This document shows positions 43,238 to 58,053 of a DNA stretch of 64,000 bases, one piece after another. The DNA lies in assembly GCF_009914755.1 (NCBI RefSeq), contig NC_060926.1; one strand, written 5' to 3'. The notes under the pieces were generated by a model. The model was not told the origin of the DNA. It did no database searches and saw nothing but the letters and a program-made list of their open reading frames with translations. Both the position numbers and the translations under genes were made by a program. Position 1 is the stretch's first letter, and each line of letters opens with the position of its first letter. This DNA is from the human T2T-CHM13v2.0 reference genome, Homo sapiens.

Positions 43238-44273
43238 ATGTGAAGGAACCAGAAAACCAACCCTGGTAATATGACAAAACAAGGCTCGTCAACACCCCCC
43301 CAAAATCACACTAGTTCACCAGCAATGGTTCCAAACCAATAAGAAACCCTTGATTTACCTGAAAAAGAATTTAGGAGGTTAGTCATTAAGCCAATCAGGG
43401 AGGGACCAGAGAAAGGCAAAGCCCAATGCAAGGAAATCCAATGCAAGGAAATCCAAAAAATGATAGAAGAAGTGAAGGGAGAAATATTCAAAGAAATAGA
43501 TATAGCTTAAAGAAAAAACAACAAAAAATCCAGGTAACTTTGGACACACTTTCAGAAATGTGAAATGCTCTGGAAAGTCTCAGCAATACAGTTGAACAAG
43601 TAGAAGAAAGAAATTCAGAGCTCAAAGATAAGGTCTCAAATTAACCCAATCCAACAAAGACAAAGGAAAAAGAATAAGAAAATACAAACAAAACCTCCAA
43701 GAAGTCTGGGATTATGTTAAACGAGCAACTCTAAGAATTATCGGTGTTCCTGAGGAAGAAGACAATTCTAAAAGCTTGGTAAACATATCTGGGGGAATAA
43801 TAGAGGAAAACTTCCCCAGCCTTGCCAGAGACCTAGACGTGCAAATACAAGAAGCACAAAGAACACCTGGGAAATTCATCACAAAAAGATCTTCGCCTAG
43901 GCACATTGTCATCAGGTTATCCAAAGTTAAGCTGAAGGAAAGAAACTTAAGAGCTGTGAGACAGAAGTACCAGGTAACCTATAAAGGAAAACCTCTGAGA
44001 TTAACAGCAGATTTCTCAGCAGAAACCCTACAAGCTAGAAGGGATTGGGGCCCTATCTTCAGCTTCCTCAAAGAAAGCAATTATCAGCCAATAATTTTGT
44101 ATCCAGTGAAATTAAGCATCATATGTGAAGGAAAGATACAGTCATTTTCAGACAAACAAATGCTGAGAGAATTTGCCATTACCAAACCACCACTACAAGA
44201 ACTGTTAAAAGGAGCTCCAAATCTTGAAACAAATCTTGGAAACACCTCAGAACAGAACCTCTTTAAAGCATAG
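43238..44273 (+). pseudogene. Disrupted L1 ORF1p
   Basis: ATG immediately followed by TGA; open piece 43776-44273 (ENFPSLARDLDVQIQEAQRTP...RHIVIRL...LRLTADFSAETLQARRDW). Confidence 0.9.
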
Positions 44274-44358
44274 ATCACACAGGACCTATAGAACAAAAAC
44301 ACAAGTTAAAAAGCAAAAACAAAAAACAAAAAAATAAAGTACACAGGCAACAAAGAGC

Positions 44359-47300
44359 ATGGGGAATGCAATGGTACCTCACATTTCAATACTAACATTG
44401 AATGTAAATGGCCTAAATGCTCAACTTAAAAGATACAGAACTGCAGAATGGATAAAAACTCTCCAACCAACTATCTGCTGCCTTCGGGAGACTCACCCAA
44501 CACATAAGGACTCACATAAAGTAAAGGGGTGGAAAAAGGCATTTCATGCAAATGGACGCTAAAAGCAAGCAGGAGTGGCTATTCTTACATCAGACAAAGC
44601 AAACTTTAAAGCAACAGCAGTTAAAAGAGACAAAGAGGGACAGTATATAATGGTAAAAGGCCTAGTCCAATAGGAAAATATCATGATTGTAAACATATAT
44701 GCATCTAACACTGGAGCTCCCAAATTTATAAAACAATTACTAATAGACCTAAGAAATGAGATAGATGGCAACACAATAATAGTGGGGGACTTCAATACTC
44801 CACTGACAGCACTAGACAGGTCATCAAGACAGAAAGTCAAAAAAGAAACAATGGATTTAAAGTATACCTTAGAACAAATGGGCTTAACAGATATATACAG
44901 AACATTTCATCCAACAACCACAGCATACACATGCTATGCAACAGCGCATGGAACTTTCTCCAAGATGGACCATGTGATAGGCCATAAAACGAGCCTCAAT
45001 AAATTTAAGAAAGTTGAAATTATATCAAACACTCTCTCAGACCACAGCGGAATGAAACTGGAAACCAATTTCAAAAGGAACCTTCAAAACCATGCAAATA
45101 CATGGAAATTATATAACCTGCTCCTGAAAGATCACTGGGTCAAAAATGAAATCATAGTGGAAATTAAAAAAATTATTTGAGCTGAATGACAATAATCACA
45201 CAACCTATCAAAACCTCTGGGATACAGCTAAGGCAGTTCTAAAAGGAAAGTTCATAGCCCCAAACGTCTACATCAAAAAGTCTGAAAGAGCACAAATAGA
45301 CAATCTAAGGTCACACCTCAAGGAACTAGAGAAACAAAAACAAACCAAACCCAAACCGAGAAGAAGAAAGGAAATAACCAAGATCAGAGCAGAACTAAAT
45401 GAAATTGAAATAAAAAAATTAAAAAAGACAAATGAAACAAAAAGCTGGTTATTTGAAAAGGTAAATAAAATTGATAGACCATTACCAAGATTAAGCAAGT
45501 AAAGAAGAGAGAAAACCCAAATAACCTCACTAAGAAATGAAACAGAAGATATTACAACTGACACCACTGAAATAAAAAAGATCATTCAGGCTACTATGAA
45601 TACCTTTATGCATATAAACTAGAAAACCTAGAAGAGATGGATAAATTTATGGAAAATACAACCCTCCTAGCTTAAATCAGGAAGAATTAGATACCCTGAA
45701 CAGACCAATAACAAGCAGTGAGATTGAAACAGTAACTAAAAAATTTCCAACAGCAACAAAAAAATTCCAGGACCAGATGGATTCACAGCAGAATTCTATC
45801 AGACATTCAAAGAAGAATTGGTACCAATCCTTTTGACACCATTCTACAAGATAGAGAAGAAGAAACCCTCCCTAATTCATTCTATGAAGCCAGAGAAGAA
45901 GAAACCCTCCCTAATTCATTCTATGAAGCCAACATCACCCTAATACCAAAACCAGGAAAGGACACAACCAAAAAAATCTACAGACTGATATCCTTAATGA
46001 ACATAGATACTAAAATCCTTAACAACATACTAGCTAACTGAATCCAACAACATATCAAAAAGATACTCCACCATGATCAATTGGGTTTCATACCAGGGAT
46101 GCAGGGATGTTTTAACATGTGCAAGTCAATAAATGTGCTACACCATATAAACAGAATTAAAAACAAAAATCACATGATCATCTCAATAGATGCAGTAAAA
46201 GCATTCAACAAAATCCAGCATCCCTTTATGATTAAAACCCTCAGCAAAATCGGCATACAAGGGACATATCTTAATGTAATAAAAGCCATCTATGACAAAC
46301 CCACAGCCAACAAAATACTGAACGGAGAAAAGTTGAAAACATTCCCTCTGAGAATAAGACAAGGATGCCCACTCTCACCATTCCTCTTCAATATAGTTCT
46401 GGATCTCCTAGCCAGAGCAATCAGACAAGGGAAAGAAATAAAGGACATCCAAATCTACAAAGAGGAATTCAAACTGTCACTGTTTGGTGGAGATATGATC
46501 GTTTACCTTGAAAACCCTAAGGACTCCTCCAGAGTCCTAGAACTGATAAAAGAATTCAGCAAAGTTTCTGGATACAAGATTAATGTACACAAATCAGTAC
46601 CTTTTCTATACACCAATAGCGACCAACTGGAGAATCAAATCAAGAACTCAACCCCTTTTACAATAGCCACACACAAAAAAAAAAATACTTAGGAATATAC
46701 CTAACCAAGGAGTAGAAAGCCCTCTACAAGGAAAACTACAAAACACTGCTGAAAGAAATCACAGACAACATGAACAAATGGAAACACACCTCATGCTCAT
46801 GGATGGGTAGAATCAATATTGTGAAAATGACCATACTACCAAAAGCAATCTACAAGTTCAACATAATCCCCATAAAAATACCACCATCATTCTTCAAGAC
46901 TTAGAAAAAACAATTCTAAAGTTCATATGGAACCAAAAAAGAGCCTGCATAGCCAAAGCAAGACTAAGCAAAAAGGACAAATCTGGAGGCATTACACTAC
47001 CTGATTTCAAACCCTACTATGAGGCCGTAGTCACCAAAACAGCGTGGTACTTGTATAAAAATAAACACATAGACCAATGGAACAGAATAGAGAACCCAGA
47101 AATAAACCCAAATACTACAGCCAACTGATCTTCAATAAAGCAAACAAAAACATAAAGTGGGGAAAGGACACCCTTTTCAGCAAATGGTGCTGGGATAATT
47201 GGCTAGACATGTGTAGGAGAATGAAACTGGATCCTCCTCTCTCACCTTATACAAAAGTCAACTCAAGATTGATTAAGGACTTAAACCTAAGACCTGAAAC

Positions 47301-48180
47301 TATAAAACTTCTAGAAGATAACATTGGAAAAACCCTTCTAGACATTGGCTTAGACAAGAATTTCATGACCAAGAACCCAAAAGCAAATGCAATAAAAACA
47401 AAGGTAAATAGCTGGGACCTAATTAAACTAAAGAGCTTTTACATGGCAAAAGGAACAGTCAGCAGAGTAAACAGACAACCCACAGAGTGAGAGAAAACCT
47501 TCACAATCTATACATCTCACAGAGGACTAATATTTAGAATCTACAATGAACTCAAACAAATCAGTAAGAAAAAAAACAAACAATCCCATCAAAAAGTGGG
47601 CTGAGGACATGAATAGACAATTCTCAAAAGAGGATACACAAATGGCCAACAAACATATGAAAAAATGCTCAACAACACTAATGATCAGGGAAATGCAAAT
47701 CAAAACCACAATGCAATATCACCTTACTCCCGCAAGTATGGCCATAATAAAAAAATAAAAAAACAGTAGATGTTGGTGTGGATGCAGTGATCAGGAAACC
47801 CTTCTACACTGCTGGTGGGAATGTAAACTAGTACAGCCACTGTGGAAAACAGTGTGCAGATTCCTTAAAGTACTAAAAATAGAACTACAATTTGATCCAG
47901 CAATCCCACTACTTGCTATCTACCCAGAGGAAAAGAAGTCATTATTAGAAAAAGATACTTGTACACACATGTTTATAGCAGCACAATTCACAATTGCAAA
48001 TTCGTGGAACCAACCCAAATGCCCATCAAACAATGAGTGGATAAAGAAACTGTGGTATATATATATGATGGAATACTACTCATCCATAAAAAGGAATGAA
48101 TTAACAGCATTTGCAGTGACCTGGATGAGATTGGAGACTATTATTCTAAGTGAAGTAAGTTCAGGAATGGAAAACCAAAC
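44359..48180 (+). pseudogene. Disrupted L1 ORF2p (endonuclease/reverse transcriptase)
   Basis: EN motifs ILTLNVNGLN, IIVGDFNTPL, SDH; RT motifs [16 protein letters not shown], catalytic FADD mutated to FGGD; many stops and frameshifts. Confidence 0.92.
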
Positions 48181-49754
48181 ATCATATGTTCTCAGTGATA
48201 TGTGGGAACTAAGCTATGAGGATGCAAGGGCTAAGAATGATACAATGGATTCTGGGGACTTGAGGGGAAGAATCGGAGGGGAGTGAGGGATAAAAGACAA
48301 GTATGGTGCAGTGTACACTGCTTCGGTGATGGGTGCACCAAAATCTCACAAATCACCACTAAAGAACTTACTCATGTAACCAAATACTACCTGTATCCCA
48401 ATAACTTATGGAAAAATAAAATAATAAAAATTAAAAAAGAGAAACAAAAACAATCAATCCTCCAATTGGGTTTCATCGTATAAGAAAGCTAGATGGATAA
48501 AAATGTGTGGAACATGGAAAAATGCTTGTGGTATAGTGTTAAGAAAAAGAAGACATCACAGGACCCAGGAAAGTTTGAACTGCATGATAATAAGTATATG
48601 TATTTTAAAAGAAACATAAGGGGAAAGAAACTGGAAGAAATATACCCAAATTCTGCCCATGATGAAATTGTGGGCATGTTTCTTTCTTCATCAATTTTCC
48701 ACAAGTTTCCAATTGTCTCTCTTTTGCAGAGTGTGTTTCTGTTGGAAGTCAGTTCAGTTGTATCAGTTATTCAGCTGTCCCTCCATGGTCATTTTCCATC
48801 TTCTTGATTTAAGAAAACTGGGTGGGAACCAGGTATTTTTCTGAACAGAAGATCTGTGGAAGATTTTCTGACTCAGTACCTATCTCCCTTGCCCCTGATT
48901 TTCCGCTAAGCAACCCATATACACATGTACACATGTCCACACTTACACACTCACTCCCTTCTCCACACTGCATGCATAGGAAGGCAGAGCAGCATCTCTG
49001 GGAGAAGCATCTGTGCAAAGACACTGCTTAAGGCCAGAGAGCTGGTCTCAACCCCCTCTCCAGCCACTTGAGATGGTGGGAACTCAGTGGTGGCTGAGTC
49101 TAATACGGAAGAATTGCAGAATCCACTGGTGAATTGCTCCTTTGTTCTCCTAATCTTCTAATCCAGGGGAACAGAGAAAGGAGTTTTCCTGGGACTTGGG
49201 GCCCAGCCTTCCAAATCCTTCTGTCTTTGACCCCACCCTGGGTTGGGATGAGGGAGGGCAGGTGAGAAGACACCAGGGAGAGTGTGGTGTCAAAATTGTG
49301 AAAACCTTTAGCCATGGCCACCCATCACCTTTCTCAAGGAGCTGGATTTACATTGATCTCCTGTTAGGACCCCTGCCTTTCCTGGTTCTGAGCCATAGCA
49401 CCCTCTCAGAAGTCTGTCTGGGACTCCCATCCCACTTCACCTATCTTTTCTCCTACAACAGTGCCATGGCTGAGAGCCAGAGAGCAGGAGTGGGTCTTTC
49501 ATATGTAGGCTTAAATAGGAAATTCTCCAAACTTACTAGCCAATCACCATTCCAATAATCCATTTATCTCTTGGCCTGTAGATGTATAAATGCTTGATTT
49601 CCTGTACTTATCTGATTAGAGTCCATGCAAGGAGGCCAGATTCATTGTCTGGTTTCCTGTGCAAAACTTTCAGCTTTGCTCAGGTCTGTGACCATTGACT
49701 ACTGCTTCCTTATGTTTGGCGGTGATTTTTGTTGTGTGGCCAGTTCAATGATGT

Positions 49755-50000
49755 CAACAGCTGATGTTTATGGAATGCTTGTTATGCATCCGACACTGTG
49801 CTAAGAGTGGTGCTTGTGTTAACTCATTCAGTCCTCAACTCTATGAGGGGAGTTCTGTTATTAACTCCACTTCGCAGATGAAGCAGCTGAGGCACAGAGC
49901 TAAGGAGCTTGCCCAAGATCCCCAAGCTGGGAAGGAACAGAGCCTACTTTTGAAAACAAGCAGTGTGGCTCCAGAGTTCACTTTTACCCCTATGCTATTG
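49755..50000 (-). mobile_element. MIR
   Basis: TTAACTCATTCAGTCCTCAAC..GCAGATGAAGCAGCTGAGGCACAGAG..CTTGCCCAAGATC. Confidence 0.8.
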
Positions 50001-51775
50001 GGTAGGGGTGAAAGTGGCAAGGGAGCACGGATAACTCAGGGGGACACATCCTTGCCACCTGGAAAGCTGTCATCTGAATATGGCAGGGAGGAAAGGGGCT
50101 CGCTGGACACTCGAGCATAGGAAAGCACCACCTTACAGAGGCCACATCTTTATTCTTTCAGTTGCCACCATGATGTCAGACACACAATGAGCACAAAAGT
50201 TTTAACTGAATGAATGAATGAATTACTGAGCTATTAAATAACTGCCTGAATCAGGGATGGTGCTTAATAGTCCTATAGGGGCAGAAGCAGACCAGTCTTA
50301 TTTACTCGGCACAAAAGGAACCCTCCTTGGATAATGCTGAGCATGGAGGTCATGTCCTGCTTGCTGTTTTTGCATTTTCTTCTTTAGATCCATCCACTCC
50401 CTTCCCTAACATATATCATCATTCCTTACGTTTGTTCTCTCAGATATTTGCCTGGTGCTTATTTCCACTCCATGTATGACTCCCCCTTCCTTCCTGACCT
50501 AGAGAAGTTGGCTTTTCTCAAGCTGTTCTCTGGAACTGTGAACTGATACCTCTCAGCTGACTGGGGGAACTCCAAGACACTGGGACCAAGCCTGGGGTCT
50601 CATCACAACTGTGTGGTTTTTGTTAAGTTGCTTCCCCTCTCTGAACCCAAAGAGAAAGCTGTTGCATGCTGAAATTATGGGATGGGGGTGCAGAAATACT
50701 CCCCAAATCTGGGTTTTGAGAAAGTTCTCTAGCAGCCCAGTCTTGGGTTGAGGGCTGGACTGCACTAGAATCTGGAAGACTGTGTTGGTGATAGGACTTG
50801 GTGGGTAGTATGGGGACCTTGAAGCCTGGCCAGATGGCTTCAGAAATGGCTTCTTAATGCATGCATTATGCCTTATGCCAGTTTGAGCCAAGCTAGAAGA
50901 GCTCTGTCATGGGGACCAAGGCTGCCAGCAAAGCAGCTCCTTCCCCATTCAAGCTGCTCTGAAAGCAAACATATTGCCTTCGGAGGCACACCTAGCTCTG
51001 CCAGCTCTCAGATCCAGATGCTGGCATCGGCTGTTTAATGGCTCTGGCATCGGCAGGCAGGGCATCTTGGGTGTTGACATGCAAATACTCAGGGCACAAT
51101 ATGTGGGTGGGCAGAGGGATGTAGGTTTAGGGTGTTCTCTGCCCCAGGGGACTGTCAATCTCTCCCTAATGCATTGACTTATGTGTAGGAGGGAGGTGGC
51201 AGGGAGAGGAGATTGCAGAGAAAGAAAAAGAGAAAGAAAGAGAGTGGCAATGGAAAGCAGGCTTCCTGGAGACAATGCCAGCTCGTGTTTCAGGGGGCCA
51301 CCTGGGAAGGACCTCGGCCAGATCTCAGCTGGGTGGCCCAGGCTGCCCATCCAGTATGGCAGCCATGCAGGCTCCTCTCACACCTGGCAAGCATGCGGGG
51401 CAGGAGGGAGCCTTAACTCCTTTCCTTTTTGGAGCTGCCCTCAGCTGCACCAGTTTGTCCTCGTAAACAGAATTCGCCCTGCTCTGCCCTGAAGACTCTC
51501 CAAGGCACCCTCTGAGTCACACGTTTCTCCGACTGTCCTTGCTTTCAGGGGCTTGGCTCAGCTTTCTCCACCTCCCTTCAACCTTTGTCCAGCTCATTCT
51601 TAGGACTCTAGTCTGTGGCCTGCCCTCAAGGTGTGTAGCCTCAAATGGATGAATGGACGTCAAATCTTCTAAGCACGCCTGTGGCCCCTCTCCTGGTTCT
51701 TGCTAAGAGAATACAACTGCTGCGGTCTTGCCATTTGCCCCAAATATTGCTTTACAGTCAACAATCTAGGGAGAG

Positions 51776-52165
51776 CTGTTTAGGTTAGTGTGGTTTTAAC
51801 AGTCAGCATCCAAACCTCAATGGCTTAACACAATAAATGTTGATTTCTTGCTCACATCTCCAGGGTGGAGGGGTGCATTGTTGGAGGTGGGGACCCTTGG
51901 TCAGGGGCGGAGGGTAGGGAACTCTGCTTCATGAAGTCACCAGCCATCTAGCTCAGTGTCCTCCATTGGAGCCTTGCATCTACAGGGCAGCAGGGGTTGA
52001 GGAAGAGAGGCCGTGGGGGCCTGTATGGGAAATTTCCATGGCCTGGTCAATAGGTGGTGTTCATCACTCCAGCCCACATGGCCACACCTCGCATTGCAGG
52101 AAGGAAATGTAGTGCCTGGGGGTAAAGGATGATGGCTTGGTGAGCCTCTCGTGGTCTCTGCCACA
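51776..52165 (-). mobile_element. MaLR LTR (MLT1J-like)
   Basis: CTCAATGGCTTAACACAATAAATGTTGATTTCTTGCTCAC...GGAAATGTAGTGCCTG..TTGGTGAGC. Confidence 0.65.
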
Positions 52166-53471
52166 AAACATAATCTCTGGCGTCAGCAAGACTTGAGCTG
52201 AAATCCCAGCCCACCACTGAGTTGTGTGTGCTCAGAACTCTGGAGAAGCAACTGGCCACTTGTGTTAATGGCACACACATAGGTAAGTACTGAGGAAGGT
52301 GTTCCCACAGAGGTTGGTTTGACTCCAGAGCTGTGGGATTTGGGACTTGTCACTTACTCTCTGGGCCTCCAGGTTTTCATCTGGAGAATGAGGCTAATCA
52401 CACTCGCCAGAGTGGTTGTACAGATAAAATGAGGATGGACCTGAGCCTTTCAAAGAGGGCCCAACACCAACCTCATCTGTCATGATCGTTCCTATTAGCA
52501 TCATTGTGGTCATTATGCAATCCTGTCTTGGGAGCTGGGGACAAAAACTGAAGCTGAGTAGAAATTATCCCCTGCCTTCCAGGGTCTCATGGTCTTTCAG
52601 GGGAGACAGCATGTCAACAGTCATTCTAGTATGGTGGCATTCCTCCAGGAGGGGGATGGCTGTAGCACAGAGAGGGATGAGCAGCTCGACTTGGTGATTC
52701 AATGGAACTGGTAGTCTCTGAGATGGAGCTTGATGAGCAGGGAGGACTTCAAGGGTGGAAGAGGTGGAAGAAAATGTAGGAGACATTGAGGCTGGGGCTG
52801 AGGAGGTGGCTAAGACAATAAGCACCAAGACACAAAAGGAGGGGAGTGCTGAGCAGGCCCGGTGTGGCCCTGGGGTAGGGCACAGTGCATGCACCTGGGT
52901 TGGGGCTGGGACACAGCAGAGGATAAGGGATGGATCCATTGGAGCCAGATCAGGAAAACAAAACAAAATGAAACTTGACTCTGGCCTGTAGACAGTAATT
53001 GGGCCTCCTTGGCAGACTCTGGCCTTGCCTGGTGCCTGCCCTGAGACCAGCCTCAGCATGCTGTCACTTTCAAAACCCATAAATCATGCTCCTAAAGCAG
53101 GGGGAGCTGCCGGAAGAAGGCATAGCATATCCCATGTAACAAGACTTTCTAAATGTCCTCTTTAACCATCTCTGCTCTACCTCTGGCTGCTACCATATTC
53201 TTTTTGTCTCTTTCCATAATTCTGTCCTTTTCATTTTCATTTCCCTATCTCTAGACAGGGAACAAGCTACCTCCACCCACTCAGGACTCCTGGGCTCTTC
53301 CCCTGGGTCAGTCTTTCTTTTACATAGAGCATCTCTGTACTTATTTCCCTTCTCATCTTGCATATTCCTGCTTCATTTCCTTTCTTTACCTTTACGCTAG
53401 GGGGACATAAATAGTTTTTTTTCTCCTGTTAAACATAGATTAATTGAGCTCCAACATCATGGAAGACACAG

Positions 53472-53838
53472 TGTGTGCTGGTCATTGGGGCTCACATAGG
53501 CATGGGATAGTTTTATTATACCTTTCCTTACCCACTTGAATACAGATGCGGCCAGTGACTTGCTTTGGCCATGGAATGTTAGTGGAAGTGATGGTTGTCA
53601 TTTCCTGTCTGAAGCTTTAAGAGCTGTTGTGGGATTCACTGCACTCTTCCCCTTTTGCCCTCTGTCCCTGACACTGATGATGATTGACCCCAACAGCCTG
53701 GATCCTGGAGGGAGAAGACGTGCATGGCAGCATGTCTGCAATGCACATGTGATATAAAACAAACCTGTGTTGTTTTAAGCCTCTTAGATTTGGGGGTTGT
53801 TATAAAGCATACCTTGCCTGTCCGCTCTGACTGATACA
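53472..53838 (+). mobile_element. MaLR LTR (MLT1I-like)
   Basis: GTGACTTGCTTTGGCCA..GAAGTGATG..GAAGCTTTAAGAGC...TTGTTTTAAGCC..GATTTGGGGGTTGTT..TGACTGATACA. Confidence 0.8.
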
Positions 53839-55616
53839 TCTGGTAATTGGGGCTTGGTAGGATTCATCACAGATAGAAGTTGTCCATCCTCCCAGGGTAA
53901 AAGCCCAGATTGCTGTGTACCATGGGATGCTTTCTGTTGAGAAAGATGACTGTGGTGGTGACAGTGAGAAGCTGCTCTGGCACCCCAACAGAGGAGGCTT
54001 CCTCATGTATGCTCTGGATAATGTTGGGAGATCCTGTCCAAAAAAATGTGGTGGCAGAGGCAGCTGATGATGGGCCGTCTCCCAAAGACCTCAACCTGGA
54101 GGCCTTTGCTTTTTTTCTTTGTTTATTTCCTGCATTCCTGCACCGTCTGCACAATCTCACTTCAGTTGTTTAACCGTGCCAAGCAATTTTACTAGGGTGT
54201 GATGCCATCTCCGACAAACTTTATGTGGGTAGATGATTTGTTCATTTAAATCTTATGTGCTTTTTGGGGGCTGGGGAGAAGATGGAAATGGGGAACAGTG
54301 AGAAAAGGGAACAGAGAAAGAAACCAACGGACAAAGAGGAGCATGTTTTCAGCAACTGGTGATCACACAGGATGGTGTACAATGGAGACAAGAGTCTGGG
54401 AGTGTGATCAGCTCGACCTTCAGTGCTCCAGATCTCTCCAAAAAGCAGATCCAGTTTGAATCCACCTCATTTTCTCATTCAGTTATTCATTGAAACTAAT
54501 ACTTATTGAGGGTTGCAGGCACTGTGCTCAATGCTGTGAATTCAAAGATAATTAAGACATGGTTTCAGGTTTCCAAGGACTTCCAGACAGGTATATATGG
54601 GAATCCTTAATTAAAACACAGTGTGATTAAGATTACTGGTGCCTACAAATGAATGGGCATAAAGTGGTTAAACAGCAAAGCTGTTGAGTTGCTGTGGGTG
54701 CTGAGGAATGAACGAATTGATCATTTCTCATCAAGTCTCCAAGTAGGGACTTCCCTTTCCCGCCAAAAGTAATTTGAAATGATCCTCCCAGACAGAGAGA
54801 ACACCGGGAGTCTGAGATCCTAATGCCCAGATTAGAGAGAAAGCTGCTGGGCTGTACAAACAGACCCAAGCTCCTTGCATGGCTTGTTAGTAAAGGGTTT
54901 TGTTGAGTTTTAAGAACAGGTTTAAAAACAAACTCAACAATTCAGAGATTCAGTAACTGAGAACTGGCAATGCAGAATAAGATGTGGCATGCACAGGTGA
55001 GGACTGGAGGAACTGTGAGTGCCAGCTGGAGGAGAGAAGGCCATGCCTGAACAGCCCACTCCCTAAGGTGAAGGCTCTTTACTGCTTCAGAGGGAGGGAA
55101 ACTGACAGCTGATCTGAGGACACTCCCTAGCCTGGTGGTTGCATTGAATAGGATAAAGTGAGCTTTTTAGTAAAATGTATGTAGAACTCATTTGGGCTCT
55201 GCCTTTCTCATCAAATCCTTTCAGGATCTTCAAAACATTCAGAATTAAAGAGCCTGCAGGGTAAGCTTATTGTTACCAGACCGTGACAATCTTGCTTGAC
55301 AACCAGGCAAGATTCTGGCTATTGGAGTCAGCAACACCAAGCGAAGAGCCCTGTGCCAGGTTTTTGTCTTTGTCAAGCTGTTTTGGTCTGAGCGGGCCTA
55401 GTTTACCCAGAAGTGGGTTGTATAGTCAGTGGTAGGTCTAAGGAAGGAGTGGTCTATTTCGGGGGGCTGGCGGCTCCAGCTCTTCCTTGGTGAGGAGGTC
55501 AGGGAAAGTCTCCCCAAGATGGTGAGCCTTGAGGTGTATTTTCTGGATGAACAAGGATGTTTCAGGCAGTGAGAACTATTTTGGAAAGTATACAGAAGAG
55601 CTAAGTAGCCTGGTAA

Positions 55617-56011
<395 letters not shown>

Positions 56012-56825
56012 TATTTTACCATTTCAAGATAGCATGCAATCTAATAAAATAATCATGTGATTTGGCAATCCCAGGCTGATTTTCTCTGGAGCTGCCAGCT
56101 TGATTTTCATCAAAGTCACAGAGTGTCTATTTGAAATGTTCTAAATACAGGCCTTGGGTTTAGGGTGAAACTGCCTTAGACTTGGCTGCTTGCTGATTCC
56201 CTTCCAACCCAGACCCAATTCTGGCCCAGCATCTCTTTAGCAAGACTTTCTTCCTGGGGCCTTTGGTCTTTGGAACACCTTGGATGCTGTTTACAAATGA
56301 CAGGATCATGTGATTCTTAGCAGCGTTCCCGCCCCTTTCTTAATAGAACCTAAACTAAATGGTACATCTTACTATTTTAGATTGAACGAATGAATGCCTT
56401 TTACATTCAATGAACTATCATTTAGTTGGTTGATGTACTTATTTTCCAAACCTACCAAAGCAACTACCATCTTCAGGCTGTCATATAAATTTCTGTAAGG
56501 AGTTTTGGTTTGTTTCTATCTTTGCTCCTGTCAAAGTCATCAGCCTAAATGAGTGGCCATTAGCTAATTGTCACACAGTCACAAAATTAGCATTCTGAAG
56601 ATTCACTTTAGATTTGATATCCTTTTTCTCTGTGGAGCTGTAAGTTAGGATTCAATATGCAATACTTTTTAAAAGGATAGCTTGAAGTAGTGAAAAATTA
56701 AGAATGGACTAACTAGCCCACAATGAAGGATAGGTTTAATAAATCATGATGCACCCATAGGATAGAATGCCATCTGCCATGAAAAATTATGTTGAAAAAG
56801 ATCTACATAAATAACAAGAGAAAAT

Positions 56826-57326
56826 TATTAAAGAAAACCAGAGCATCCCTACAAGCATGAAATGGGTAATTTTAGAAAACAATTTAAGAGGACACACCCG
56901 ACATACAGTCATTAAGGCACTAAAAACAGATTTTATTCTGGAACCATTGCAATAGGGGGAGAGAGACTTCAGTAGAGAACTGGGCTCAACTCTGAATACA
57001 GCATGGACCAGTTGGGGCGTTTATGGCCCAGGTGCAGGGTGGGAGTCAATGGATGGAAAATTGCTAAGAGGAAACATCAGGGATAAGGGAGGGGGTTCTG
57101 GCTAAACAGACTTGATGGGATTCTTGCTGAAGGCAGGCCAGGGTGGTCAGACACCAAGGAGGGAGGATGAGGTACTTGATATCAGGGTTGGAGAAGTTGT
57201 TCTAAACCCACTTCGCAAGATTATTGCTACAACTGGGCAATACAGGCCTGACAAAGACGGATGTCAAGTTTGAGACCTCAAGGCCTTAGAGTATCCTTAC
57301 TAAAGTTTGATCAAGCATTTTTGTCA
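56826..57326 (-). mobile_element. ERV1 solo LTR (MER31/MER67 group) with an apparent foreign 68-bp insert
   Basis: AAAAACAGATTTTATTC..ATTGCAATAGGGG..GAACTGGGCTCAACTCTGAATACAGC...ACTAAAGTTTGATCAAG..TTTGTCA; flanks AAAT/AAGT. Confidence 0.8.
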
Positions 57327-58053
57327 AAGTGTTCATGTCTTATTAATACATCCAAAAAGCAGGTTAGATACAGTTAGATACACTATGATCCTGTTTATGT
57401 TAAAATATTTATATACAAATAACAGAGAGAATATGGGTGAGTTTTATTTTCTTTGTGCTTTATCTCTATTTTTCAACTTTCTGCAGTGAACTTATATTGC
57501 TTTTATAATAAAAAATATGTTAAGTTTACTAGACATATGTGAGAGGTGGGAAATTCTTCACCCTGACTTTTTAGGGTCAAGCAAGACTTTTTAAACTTTT
57601 ATTGGAATTTTGCAGCCCTAAAAACAGAAACTAAGAGTCCTTTGCAGACTGTTTCCTGAAGACAGGGTTGTTAGCTGTAGCAGAAAGCAAGCCAGCACGG
57701 TGTTGAACTTTGTCAAAAAGGATATTGAAACCAGAAGTGTTTGTTCTGCTCCTCATACAAACCTTGGTGCAAACACATTCTAGTTGCCTGGTCTCAAATG
57801 AAAACAATAGAGAGGCTATTATCTAAAAATAATAGATCTGGCTCATGGAAGACCTTCCATCTGCTTTTAAAGAGGATTTTTCATCCTGAAAGTATGGAGG
57901 CCTATAGCACATTTTTATGAAGCCATTCAGGGTTGAAATATGGTGAACCTGGATATGATTTTAAACTCCTTCCCTGTGAGAAGAAGGGAGCATCCCTAGA
58001 AGCATGAAATGGGTAATTTTAGAAGACGGTTTAAGAGCACACACCCAAGATAC

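Larger units (their letters stand above)
42230..48448 (+). mobile_element. Near full-length LINE-1, L1PB1-type
   Basis: 5'UTR GGGAGGCAGGACTAGATTGCAGCTC, ORF1/ORF2 remnants, 3'UTR GGGTGCACCAAAATCTCACAAATCACCACTAAAGAAC, A-rich tail; perfect 15-bp TSD AACAATCAATCCTCC at 42215-42229 and 48449-48463. Confidence 0.95.

Noticed and set aside
43776-48286. L1 ORF fragments as an active retrotransposon or domesticated gene
   Set aside because: ORF1 start is followed by a stop, ORF2 is fragmented and the RT catalytic motif is mutated.
52565-53080. Longest non-L1 ORF (171 aa, minus strand)
   Set aside because: Low-complexity S/P/L/A composition, no recognisable domain or splice context; a chance ORF is likely.
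54900-54940. 11-bp inverted repeat TTGTTGAGTTT/AAACTCAACAA with 19-nt spacer
   Set aside because: Short and AT-rich; plausible by chance.
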